NCBI RefSeq assembly: GCF_035084215.1
Contig: NC_090340.1
Span: 3,100,001 to 3,164,000, forward strand
DNA: 64,000 nucleotides
Reading direction: 5' to 3'
Source: Heptranchias perlo
Lineage: Eukaryota
Of the stretch, positions 38,540 to 50,929 are shown one piece after another. The notes under the pieces were generated by a model that was not told where the DNA came from, made no database searches, and saw only the letters and a program-made list of their open reading frames with translations. Position numbers and translations under genes: made by a program. Each line of letters begins with the position of its first letter. Position 1 is the first letter of the stretch.

Positions 38540-41462
38540 TCGGACGGACCACCCGGCATCGGACCACGAGGCACCGGACACGACAAAGGCAAACCAAGCC
38601 CAGTCGATCCTGCAAAGTCGTACTCACTAAAATCTGGGGACTGGTGCCAAAATTGGGAGAGCTGTCCCACAGACTCGGAAAGCAACAGCCTGACAAAGCC
38701 ATACTCACAGAATCAAACCTTTCAGCCCATTTCCCAGACGCTTCCATCACCATTCCTGGGTATGACCTGTCCCACCGGCAGGACAGACGCACAGGAGGCG
38801 GCGTTACGGTGATATACAGTCAGGAGGGAGTGGCCCTGGGAGTCCTCAACATTGACTTTGGACCACATGAAATCTCATGGCACCAGGTCAAATATGGACA
38901 AGGAAACCTCCTGCTGATTACCACCTACCGCCCTCCCTCAGCTGATGAATCAGTCCTCCTCCATGTTGAACACCACTTGGAGGAAGCACTGAGGGTAGCA
39001 AGGGCACAGAATTTACTCTGGATGGTGGACTCCAATGTCCATCACCAATAGTGGCTCGGTAGCACGATTACTGACCGAGCTGGCCGAGCCCTAAAGGACA
39101 TAACTGCTGGACTGGGTCTGCGGCAGGTGGTGAGCGAACCAACACGAGGGAAAAACTTACTTGACCTCGTCCTCACCAATCTACCAGTCGCAAATGCATT
39201 TGTCCATGACAGTATTGGTTTGAGTGACCACCGTACAGTCCACGTGGAGACGAAGTTCCGTTTTCGCACTGAGGACACCATCCAACGTGTTGTGTGGCAC
39301 TACCACCGTACTAAATGGGACAGATTCAGAACCGATCTAGCAGCTCAAAACTGGGCATCCATGAGGTGTTGTGGGCCATCAGCAGCAGCAGAATTGTATT
39401 CCAGCACAATCTGTAACCTCATGGCCGGGCATATTCTTCACTCTCCCATAACCAACAAGCAAGGGGAGCAACCCTGGTTCAATGAGGAGTGTAGAAGAGC
39501 ATACAAGGAGCAGCATCAGGAGTAACTAAAAATGAGGTGCCAACCTGGTGAAGCTACAAGTCAGGACTACATGCATGCTAAACAGCGGAAGCAACATGCC
39601 AGACACAGAGCTAACCGATTCCACAACCAGCGGAACAGATCAAAGGTCTGCAGTCCTGCCACATCCAGTCGTGAATGGTGGTGGACAATTAAACACCTAA
39701 CGGGAGGAGGAGGCTCTGTAGACATCCCCATCCTCAATGATGGCGGAGTCCAGCACGTGAGTGCAAAAGGAAAAGCTGAAGCGTTTGCAACCATCTTCAT
39801 CCAGAAGTGCCGAGTGGATTATCCATCTCGGCCGCCTCCCGATATCTTTAGCCAATTCGATTCACTCCACGTGATATCAAGAAACGGCTGAGTGCACTGG
39901 ATACAGCAAAGGCTATGGTCCCCGACAATATCCCGGATGTAGTACTGACGACTTGTACTCCAGCACTAGCTGCACCTCTAGCCAAGCTGTTCCAGTACAT
40001 CTACAACACTGGCATCTACCCGACAAAGTTGAAAATTGCCCAGGTATGTCCTGTCCACAAACAGGAGGACAAATCAAATCCGACAATTAAGGCCTTATCC
40101 GTCTACTCTCAATCATCAGCAAAGTGATGGAAGGTGTCGTCGACAGTGCTATCAAGTGGCACTTACTCACCAATAACCTGCTCACCGATGCTCAGTTTGG
40201 GTACCGCCAGGACCACTCGGCTACAGACCTCATTACAGCCTTGGTCCAAACATGGACAAAAGAGCTGAATTCCAGAGGTGAGGTGAGAGTGACTGCCCTT
40301 GACATCAAGGCAGAATTTGTCCGAGTGTGGCACCAAGAAACCCGAGTAAAATTGAAATCAATGTGAATCATGGGGAAAACTCTCCAGTGGCTGGAGTCAT
40401 ACCTCGCACAAAGGTAGATGGCAGTAGTTGTTGCAAGCCAATCATCTCAGCCCCAGGACATTGCTGCAGGAGTTCCTCAAGGCAGTATCCTCGGCCCAAC
40501 AATCTTCAGCTGCTTCATCAATGACCTTCCCTCCATCAAACTCCAGAAATGGGGATGTTCGCTGATGATTGCATAGTGTTCAGTTCCATTCGCAAACCCT
40601 CAGATAATGAAGCATTCCGAGATCGCATGCCACAAGACCTGGACAACATCCAGGCTTGGGCTGAGAAGTGTCAAGTAATATTCGCGCCAGACAAGTGCCA
40701 GGCAATGACCATCTCCAACAAGAGAGAGTCGAACCACCTCCCCTTGACATTCAACGACATTACCATCGCCGAATCCCCCACCATCAACATCCTGGCGGTC
40801 ACCATTGACCAGAAACTTAACTGGACCAGCCATGTAAATACTGTGGCAACAGGAGCAGGCCAGAGTCTGTGTATTCTGCGGCGAGTGACTCACCTCCTGA
40901 CTCCTCAACGTCTTTCCACCATCTATAAGGCACAAGTCAGAAGTTTGATGGAATACTCTCCAGTTGCCTGGATGAGTGCAGCTCCAAAAACACTCAAGAC
41001 GCTCGACACCATCCAGGACAAAGCAGCCAGCTTGATTGGCACCCCATCCACCTAACTAAACATTCACTCCCTTCACCAACATCGCACAGAGGCTGCAGTG
41101 TGTACCATCCACAGGATGCACTGCAGCAACTCGCCAAGGCTTCTTTGGCAGCACCTCCCAAATCTGCGACCTCTACCACCTAGAAGGACAAGAGCAGCAG
41201 GTACATGGGAACAACACCACCACCACGTTCCCCTCCAAGTCACACACCATCCCGACTTGGAAGTATATCGCCCTTCCTTCATCTTCGCTGGGTCAAAATC
41301 CTGGAACTCCCTTCCTAACAGCACTGTGGGAGTGCCTTTAACACACGGACTGCAGCGGTTCAAGAAGATGGCTCACCACCACCTTCTCAACGGCAATTAA
41401 GGATGGGCAATAAATGCCGGCCTCGCCAGCGACGCCCATATACCATGAACGAATAAAAAAAA
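38540..41462 (+). mobile_element. LINE family B, near-complete ORF2, inserted between ERV IN and env
   Basis: ORFs 38530-39051 (APE: ILTES, TTYRPPS), 39127-39525, 40124-40366, 40549-41055 (MFADD), 41098-41400; A-tail at 41455. Confidence 0.95.
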
Positions 41463-41464
41463 TG

Positions 41465-42130
41465 AGCTGATTAATATGGTAGCATTTAATAACCTTTGTC
41501 TCTCCTTTTCCTGTATACTCTATGAAGTACACATCCAGATTTGCTCTGTCTACTGTGGGAAATGGTTCTTTCCATTTAGGCTCGATAACGTGTTCTCGTT
41601 CCCCATAATTCAGAACCATAACTGCATCTCTACCTCATACTCAGTTTTACTTCTTTGCGGTATTTTTTTTTCAATATTAACCAAACAATGCAATAGCCTG
41701 AAGGCATCTGTTGTAAAAGGCTCATGAATTCAATCTGTTAACGTGTCCGAGGTCCCTCAGGGGGAGATGCACTTGGAAGGAACGCACGATTGGTGTGTAA
41801 GGCTGGAATGTGTTGTAGGCATACTAAACATCTCACTGCATCATGAATGAAGTCGTCTTTGCTTTCTGGCCACCAAGCAACTTTTTGGATTTTATGCACT
41901 GTGGTCTCTGCAGAAAAGTGACCAACCACGACATGATTGTGGAACATGTCAAAGAATTCGTCAGCCAGTGTCGGGGAAACACAGAGAATTGGGAAAGATT
42001 CGGACGTGGATTGATACAGAAGTAAGGAGTGTGCATAATCGCCTTGCGTGGCTTCATGAGACGATGTTTTGGGTTGAGATAACGGTTTAATCCCTTGGTG
42101 CCACACCGTGGTTTACTCATACAATGGCCA
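41465..42130 (-). pseudogene. pol: ERV integrase remnant (HHCC finger and C-terminal GPY/F-like module; DDE core deleted)
   Basis: FHNHVVVGHFSAETTVHKIQKVAWWP..CLVC; PPEGP then jump to GDAVMVLNYGEREHVIEPKWKEPF..YHINQL. Confidence 0.85.
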
Positions 42131-42138
42131 GGACATTA

Positions 42139-42630
42139 TTAAGGTGTGCAAGTCGAATTTGATGGAATCACCAGCAATGGCACAGACACGGCCATTTGAG
42201 AATGGACCAAAAGGATACTCGTTGTGTGCGGCCTCGATGGCAGCCTTGTTGGGTGTAGATCGGATCCTTTGGTGTGGGCCTTTACCTTACCGATGAAGTA
42301 TGGCTGCCTTCTATCTCTTATTATTCTAAATACGTCACCATATACCAGTAATTTCCCATCAGAGATATGGTAGTTATTCTTGCAATATGGAGGAATTGAT
42401 AGCGTAGTATTGATAGCGTAGGCACTGTCAGACCAAATATTAATAGGTTGGCCGGTTGTTTCAATTACAGCTGTCAAGAGCGCGGCGATTTCAGAAATTT
42501 GTGCTGTGTGTGGTTCGCACGTCTGTTGCATAATTTTTTTCAGGGAGGATGCTGCAAAAGCCTTAAACAGTCCCCCTTTTTGTTGAAATGAGGAACCATC
42601 GACATCGACATCTGTAACACCCTCCAACGG
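42139..42630 (-). pseudogene. pol: ERV RNase H (retroviral type)
   Basis: VDGSSF..HTAQISEIAALL..INIWSDSAYA..KVKAH. Confidence 0.9.
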
Positions 42631-42659
42631 CGTCTTTTAAACTGGGTTATTACCCAAGT

Positions 42660-43255
42660 CTAACATGACGTTCTCCCAGGTTTTGTAACAACTGTGGTGG
42701 AAGAGTTGTCTGTTTCGGTGTAATGTCGACATATCATTCCTTCAACTAAAATGTCAAGGGGCTTAAAGGAGCATGTGATACCAACGTGTCTCTCAGCTTC
42801 ATCAATAGTTTGGGTGCAGTGTGCACGGAGTGGAGCACGAAAGTTCTCAATTCCCTGATGGAAGTAAATTATTTCACAGCCCAAAAGGTGGCGGTCTTTC
42901 ACACCGGTCCTTTGCCTCTTTCACTCCTGTCAATATTCGCAAGAGCTTGCATTAGACATCTTGACACAGGGCTGCCGCCACACTCTGGACAGTCGCTTCT
43001 ACCTCCACATGAAAAAGCTCGCTTGGAACTGGTGTGATCAGGCACGTTGCTTGTATCGCCATCTTCTTTAGCTGTGGTGCCGCTTTGGTGTGCTGCGAGG
43101 TCCATCTGGACTGCACATCGTCTTCCTTTCCTTTAACAAACTCATACAATGTTTCAGCAAGATCTGCAAAACGCGGTATGAAAGCCATCTGGGATACCAA
43201 CAATCCCAAGAATGAACGGAGCGCTGTCAAAGATATTGCCAAAGGTAATCACTGC
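42660..43255 (-). pseudogene. pol: ERV RT thumb and tether (degenerate first RNase H)
   Basis: LRSFLGLLVSQMAFIPRFADLAETLYE..WTSQHTKA..LKK..FHVEVEAT..AALCQ. Confidence 0.85.
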
Positions 43256-43261
43256 ACAGAA

Positions 43262-46175
43262 GTATAGAAATGTACAAAATAGGAGCAGCAGTCGATCATT
43301 CTGCCCTTCGAGTCTGCTCCACCATTCAGTGTGATCATGTCTGATCCTCCAACTCAATTGCATATTCCCGCTCTCTCCCCATAAATATTGATGCCTTTTG
43401 TGTTGAGAAATCTATCTAGCTCCTTCTTAAATATATCCAGTGACTTGGCCTCCCCAGCCTTTTGTGATAGAGAATTCCACAGGTTCACCACCATCTGAGT
43501 GAAGAAATTTCTCCTCATCTAAGTCCTAAATGTTCTATCCCGTATCCTGAGAGTGTGACCCTTCGTTCTGGATCACACAGCCAGGGGAAACATCCTTCCT
43601 GCATCCAGTCTGTCCAGCCCTGTCAAAATTTATATGTTTCAATGAGAGACTCTCTCATTCTTCTAAACTCGTGTGAATACAGGCCGAGTCGACCCAATCT
43701 CTCCTCATACGACTGTCCTGCCATCCCATAAATCAGTCTGGGTGAACCTTCGCTACACTCCCTCTATGGCAACTATATCCTTTGTTCGGTAAGGAAATCA
43801 AAACTGCACACAATACTCCACCAATGCCCTGTATAACTGCAGTAAGCAACCCTTGCTCCTATATTCAAATCCTCTTGCAATGAAGGCCAACATACAATTT
43901 GACTTCCGAACTGCTTGCTGCACCTGCATGTTTGCTTTCAGTGACTGGTGTACAAGAACACCCAGGTCACTTTGTACATCAACATTCACCAATCTATCAC
44001 CATATAAGTAATACCCTACCTTTCTGTTTTTCCTTCCAAATTGGATAACTTCACATTTATTCACATTATACTGCATCTGCCATGTATTTGCACACTCACT
44101 CAAATTGTCCTATTCGCCTTGAAGCCTCTTTGCATCCGTCTCACAACTCACGATCCCATCTAGTTTTGTGTCATCAGCAAACTTGGAAATATTACATTTG
44201 GTCCCCGAATCCAAATCTTTGATACATATTGTGAATAGCTGGGGCCCGAGCACTAATCCCTGCTGTACCTCACTAGCCACTGCCTGCCACCCCGAAAAAG
44301 ACCCATTCATTCCTACTCTCTGTTTCCTGTCGGTTAGCCAATTTTCAATCCATGCCAGTACATTACCCCCAATCCCATTTGCTTTAATTTTGCACAGTAA
44401 CCTCCCATGTGGGAGTGTATCAAAGGTCTTTTGAAAATCCAAATAAACCACATCCACTCGTTCTCCATTATCTATTCTACCAGTAACTTCCTCAAAAAAC
44501 TCCAATAGGTTTGTAAAACATGATTTCCCTTTCATAAATCAATGTTGTCTTTGTCTAATCCCGTTGATATTTTTAGTGTCCTGTCATCACGTCCTTTATA
44601 ATAGACTCTAACATTTTCCCTACTACTGATTTTAGGCTAACTGGTCTGTAGTTCCCAGTTTTCTCTCTCCCTCCTTTTATAAATAGTATGGTTACATTTA
44701 CCACCCTCCAATCTGCAGGAACTGTTCCATAATCTGTAGAACTTTGGAAGATGTCAACGAAAAAATGCAGCCACTATTTCCATGGCGACCTCTTTCAGTA
44801 CTCTGGGATGCTGATGATTAGGCCGTGGGGATTTATCGGCTTTCAGTCCCATTCATTTCTGCAGCACTATTTTTTTACTGATACTAATTTATTTTATTTT
44901 ATCCTTCTCACTATTCCCTTGGTTCCTGAGCATTTCTGGGAAGTTATTTGTGTCCTCTTCCATGAAGACAGAACCAAAGTATTTGTTTAATTGTTCTGCC
45001 ATTTCCTTGTTCACCATTATAAATTCTCCCGTTTCTGACTCTAAGGGACCTACGTTTATCCACACTAATTTTTTTTCTTTTTACATACTTGTCGTAGCTT
45101 TTACAGTCTACTTTTAATTTCCTTGCAATTTACTCTCATACTCTATTTTTGGTATCTCAATCAATCTCTTGTTCCTTTTGTGCTGAATTATATTCTGCTC
45201 CCAATCCTCAGGCTTGCTACTTTTTCTGGCAACATTGTATGACTCCATTTTGGATCTAATACTATCCTTAATTTATTTTGTTAGCCAAGGTTGGGCCTCA
45301 TTTACTTTTGTGTTTTTGAGCCAGAAAGGAATCGATAATTGTTGCAATTCATGCATTTGTCCCTTAAATGTTAGCCACTGCCTTTCCACCTTCATGCCCT
45401 TTAATGAAGCTTCCCAAACTATCATAGCCAACTCACTCCTCATACCTTCGTAGTTTCCCTTGTTTAGATTTCGGACCCTAGTTTCGGATTGGACCACTTC
45501 ACTTTCCATCTTAATGAAGAATTCGATCATGTTATGGTCACTCTTCCCTAAAGGACCCTGCACAACAAGAATATTAATTAACCTCTTCTCATTGCACATT
45601 TCCCAATTTAGGATAGCCTGTTCCTTGGTTGGCTCCTCAACATACTGGTCTAAAAAAATCTCCACAGTATTAATGCTCATTTCTTTTGGCCATTCTATAT
45701 GCAGATTGAAGTCACCCATGATCTCTGTAGCACCCTTGTTACATGCATCTCTAATCTCCTGCTTGATCCCATCCCCTACATTACCACCACTGTTTTGAGG
45801 CCAATAGACAACTCCCACCAATAATTTTTGCCCTTTGGTGCTTCTTAACTCCACCCAGACTGATTCCATATCTTGATTTTCCAAGCCAATAGCCTTTCTC
45901 ACTATTGCTCTGATTTCATCCTTTACTAACAACGCCACCTCACCTCCATTTACTTTTTGCCTGTCCTTCCTAAAATCGAATGCCCTTGGATATTCAGCTC
46001 CCAGCCTCGGTCACCCTTCAGCCTTGTCTCTGAAATTGCAATTATATCATATCCGTTTACCTCTATTTGCGCTGTTAATTCATCTAACTTATTCAGAATG
46101 CTTCGTGTATTCAGATACAGTGAATCTAGATTTGCTTTTTTAACATTTTTAGACACATAAACATTTTTTGTACTG
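43262..46175 (-). mobile_element. CR1 family A LINE, near-complete ORF2, inserted in ERV RT
   Basis: Minus ORFs 45950-46156 (LYLNTRSI..IAISET), 45273-45938 (MGDFN, LGKSDH), 44110-44535 (KFADD), 43798-44103. Confidence 0.95.
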
Positions 46176-46214
46176 TGGCCTATTATGATTTATTCTTTGT
46201 GCTGATCTGGAGTC

Positions 46215-46870
46215 TGTCCAGCAGCAGATATGGACATGCTCAGAAATGTCATTTGTTCCTGTAGCAGCTGAACCTTTCGAGGGTTAAGTTTTAATTCCAC
46301 TCCTTTTAACATGTCGAACCGCTCTTCCAACACCAGGAGATGTTGCTCCTTTGCTCCGGAGCTAGCAGCAATTCATCTAACATGCTCTCTGGCTTAAAGA
46401 AACCTTTGATGACCTTTGCCATTCGCTTCTGGAAGATCGCGCAGCGTTATGAAATCTCTATATGAAGTGCATGTATAACTCTGATCTTCAACGGTAAAAG
46501 CGAATTTACACTGATCTTTTCTTATGGGTATGCTCGAAAATCCATTAGCTCTGCCACGTTCGAAAACCATTTGTCACTTGGTGGAGTTTGGGATAACAAC
46601 GTTGGTGTTTCCTTACACTGGTGAGCAAGTGAGAGTTACCGAATTTAACTTACGATTATCAATAGTTCATCACCATCTACTGCTTGTTTTCTTAACTGGC
46701 AAAATTGGAGAATTTGCAGTCAGTGTCCCAAATCCAACAATACCCTTCCATACTAACGACTGAACTGTAGCCTCGACATATGGATGGCTTTCTTTAGGAA
46801 TTGGATGCTGTTTTGAAAATAGATATGGAGTCCATTCATGGACTTCTCTCTTTCCATCCGTCCACAATCA
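46215..46870 (-). pseudogene. pol: ERV reverse transcriptase remnant
   Basis: HPIPKESHPYVEATVQSLVWKGIV..NSPILPVKK..W; ANGFSSIPIRKDQCKFAFT; FHN..AIFQKRMAKV..LDELLL (degenerate YxDD); LKLNPRKVQLLQ. Confidence 0.88.
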
Positions 46871-47039
46871 TATTTACTGCGGGAAAATATGAATGCCCAT
46901 TTTTGAAGCATATTTTGTACCTCATGTCCTGGTGGACCAGAAAATCATGCACCTCCTTTTTCTTAATCGAGAACACTGAATGCATATCTGAAATCTCGAC
47001 AACCAACTTACCAGCAGGCCAAACCACAGACGTCAATAA

Positions 47040-47350
47040 TGAACCCGCATTGATCTAAAACGTCAGTTCCCAATATACCTCGCCCATCGCATTTCTACCA
47101 CAGTACGTTGTTTATGTTCCGCACCCTGTAAAGATATCTGAAACAAGCTCAATTGAAAAGCATACAGTGACGATCCATCAAAACCTTTAAATGCATTCGC
47201 TTCCCTCTGGCCGCAGCGTAGATTAGGGGAAATGGAGTATGAATGATGGTTCCCGCTGATTTTGTGTCTATTACCATCATCAGTTGTTGGCCCCCATCAG
47301 TAACAACAGGTACAACAGGTCTAACATGGCCGTCACGTCGGAACTCCACT
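47040..47350 (-). pseudogene. pro: ERV aspartic protease remnant
   Basis: LMMVIDTKSAGTIIH (degenerate D-T-G) between gag and RT. Confidence 0.7.
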
Positions 47351-47399
47351 GTCGATTTCGTCGAGGGTCCCGACTCCCTTTATTGTTGGCCCGGATTTT

Positions 47400-48480
47400 G
47401 TCCTTCAGGCGCAGATGAAGGAGTGGGAGCTATGGCAATTTCCGCCACTTATTTAAATTAGCCCATAATTTAACTGGTTGTCAGTAGTGCCAGTAATTTG
47501 GTCAATTTATCCTCGGCGGTATATGACCGAAGTTCCAGTTTTTGGGAGTACCGAGGTGGTGGAAGAGCTGGGTAGCTGTCCCTTCCCTGTCTACAATCTC
47601 GCCAAAATGTCTCATTTTGCAACAATTGTAACATTGTGGTCCCCTATTTCCTAATCCTGACCCTTTATTTGGTCCCCAGTTATTCATATCCTTCTGTGGT
47701 TCCTCAAACACGGACACTAGTTTCCTCTCGTTCTGGAATTTTGCGGCCCTCCCGTTGGTGTGGCGATGTGTCCTTCTACATTATCCCAGGCTGAATAGTA
47801 TCAAGTTTTCGTCCCACCTATTATTTTTACAGATAGCTACTGATAAACATTTATTTAAACAGGTTATCCTTTCGCCGATCAGACGGCACGTGGTTTGCTG
47901 GCACAAGTACTGGCTGAGATGGCACAATTAGTTGTGTCATTTCATATACATCAAGCAATCCATTTGTGAACGCGGTAGAGTGCTCTGTAGGTTCCTGTAC
48001 CGTCAAATTTAAGGTGTTTATTCCCAACAAATCTACTATTCCGCCAAACATCACATCGGGCCCACTTACTGCATAAGCGGAAGAGTAAGACATGGCTGTA
48101 AGCCCTCATCCTGGGTGGCAAATTAAATAGTTTTTAAATCATCATCTTATAGTTGAAAATCTCCCCAAGCTCGAGTGAGCAAAATAACGTCATTGCCATC
48201 CTTAATGGGCCCTAAATATCTAACCAAAGCAGCTGCTTCATCTGGTTTGATGGTTTTTATTGTCATTGCGTCTTGACGTAATCGCAACTTGTTGATTAAT
48301 TTTCCCACTGTTGGTAATCACATTTAGGGCTGGCTTATGCAGTCACCGCAGTCGAGATTATGATAACATACTGCATCTCATTCTGACAGTTCCCAATCTA
48401 ATCTATCTCCTCCTCCTGTCGTATTTGCTGACAACAGAGTTGTTTGTTGTCCCACTTGTGCTGAAATATTCTATATTCTG
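47400..48480 (-). pseudogene. gag: ERV gag remnant with CCHC knuckle
   Basis: CYNCCKMRHF then RDC after a 1-nt shift (47593-47633); capsid-like QEPTEHSTAFTNGLLDVY upstream. Confidence 0.7.
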
Positions 48481-48625
48481 ATTGACTGTTCTTGAAAACA
48501 ACTTTAATTACATCAACTTTCCAATCCACCGCTTGTTCGTGGTGGAAAAATATTGAGTCTCTGTTAGAAAAACACTAATTGATGGATAGATTACTGAATA
48601 AAGGAAGTAACTTAGACTAAATTTT
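48478..48625 (-). repeat. Candidate 5' LTR remnant of the ERV
   Basis: Direct repeat of 34975-35098, immediately upstream of gag; minus strand contains ..TATTTTTCCACCAC. Confidence 0.5.
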
Positions 48626-48689
48626 TAATGCATTGAAACACTCTTCGTCTACATTTGAAAGTAAAACCCTTATTACAAAAGATATTCCC

Positions 48690-49125
48690 TCTCAGTCTTC
48701 TATGACTCTTTTGCCACTTATATAAAATATGTGTCCTCTGGTAACTGACCATCCTGACAGTGGAAGCAGTTTCTCTTCATTTACTCCATCAAAGTCCTGC
48801 AAAATTTTGGACGCCACTGTTAAATATCCAGTTAGCCTTCCCTGCTCCAAATAGAACAATTCCAGCTTTTCTAGTTCCTCCACATCACTGAAGCTTCTCA
48901 TCCCTGGTATAATTCTTGGGGATCTCCCTTGCAGCCTCGCCAAGGCCTTGGCATCCTTCCTAACGAGTGGTCTTCAGTACTGGACTTTATGCACCATCTG
49001 GGGCCGAATCGGTGATTTATAAAGGTATCGCTTCCTTGCTTTTTTACTCTATGCCTCTCCGAATAAATTCAAGGATACTGTACGCATTTTCCAACAGCTT
49101 TACAAACTTGCCCCGCTACCTTCAA
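48690..49125 (-). mobile_element. CR1 3' fragment
   Basis: Minus ORF 48692-48943 (IPGMRSFSDVEELEKLELFYLEQGRL). Confidence 0.8.
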
Positions 49126-50929
49126 GTTGCGAGAATTGCAGGTTGGAGGGCCAAAAAGTATTTTCGACTGTGTAAATTTGCACCCCTACTGCACCGCCTC
49201 CTCCACCTCCCCCCCCCCCCCCTCCCCCGCCTATTCTGGAATATTGGGAACGTGAACAATATATTTTGTGTGTTTGACGTGGAACTCCGAAAAATATGGT
49301 CCAATTGCTGCCTCTGCTATGCAGGTATCCTTGTCATTCACACTAACCTTAGGTAGCTAAGCGGTTCCTACCTCGCTTCCCTTCATTACTTTGCTCAGAA
49401 GATAATTCTCCTGCCGAGGCACCACGTTTTACCAAAAAAGGCAAAATGATGAAGCAGCCGTATCTACGATATCCACAATTAGCTGTAACCAAACCAAGGC
49501 TGCCTAGCAAATATTGTCATACTCTTTCAAGGGGCGTGAAGTTAGTTTCCCTCATTGAAGCAGTTCAATTGCTTAGAAGTATATTTAAATTAGTGAGCCT
49601 GACGGTCACCCGTTCAAGCACATCACGAAATGATTCGTGCCACATTTACATATAACCTTTGAGCTTTTGTCACCAGGTACCGTTCCCCATTTATATGGCC
49701 CGTTCAACACAAAGTCAATTCATCAAGAATTACTGGGAATTCCGCTGACACAGGCAAAGAAATAAAGGACCCTCCATTGCTTTCAGTTGTTGTGTGGTGT
49801 TGGAAGGTTTCTGTGACATCGATTTACTACACGTTAATTTATTCTTCCCTTGTATATAATTATTCTATTTCTAATTAAAGAGTGTTACAGCCTTCAACTG
49901 AATAACCGATTGTGCTGAATGATTCTATATTCTGATCAACCAACGTATGGAAACAGGCCTAACCACCACCACCCCACTCCCCCGCCAACCCCCTCGCCTT
50001 ATTATAGTGATAATTATAGTGATAATTCAGAGTCCACACTCCTTGTTACCAAAGGAAATAATCTGCCACTGGTCACCCTTTCAGATGCTTTCAGAATTTT
50101 AAAAGGCTCCTTGTCAACCTTTTCTATTCCACTGGAGATAAAGCTCACCTGAATCGTTCTGCATGGCCCCAATTTAATTTTCCGCACAACATTCTAATTT
50201 ATCTTCAATGTACCGTTCAATGGCTTCAAAATACTTTGCTATAATTGTATGAACAGAAAAGCACATATTGCTTCAAATGTGACTCGACTGATACCTTGTG
50301 CAAATTCAACAACGCTTCGTTTCTTTTATATTTGGCTCTCGAATGAATAAAACTCAAAATCCCATCTGCCATTGTATGGCCTATTATATCTGCAGTCCTA
50401 ACTCCTAACTATTATATGAAAGCCTCCAACTGGATGCAGACTTAATTTTCCAATATATACCCCGATGCATGAAACTCTTCCCCGAGTCGACAAAGACAAA
50501 AAAAATACCCAAATTGCATTTGAAGGATGTGCTGTTAATAGACTCATAATCATATTATAAATACGCCAAGTTTCTATCACTACTATATTATGAAATGTTG
50601 AAACATTATATGGCCCAACGGCCTAGAATTACCTTTCCTGGACACAAAGCGGAACTTAGAACCGAAAATGTGTACATTCCCATGCTCATTCTGCACATGG
50701 GGTAAAGCTCCAATTTACTGTCAATCTCATTTGAATGCGCTCGACTGTAGTGTGGGAGTAAATCATCATAAACATAGAACAATCGGGACCCAAGGAAAGC
50801 ATCGAGCTGACACGTATGAAAGATAAGGTGTGAATAGAAAGAGCACTGTGAAACGGACACTGACGCAAAAATAAATAAAATTTGAAAAGTTACGTCCCAG
50901 ACAATACAAAGGGAGAAGCGACGCGGTCC

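Larger units (their letters stand above)
34975..48625 (-). mobile_element. Decayed endogenous retrovirus, lokiretrovirus-like (gag-pro-RT-tether-RNase H-IN-env), split by nested LINEs
   Basis: Collinear minus-strand domains listed separately; many stops and frameshifts. Confidence 0.88.
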
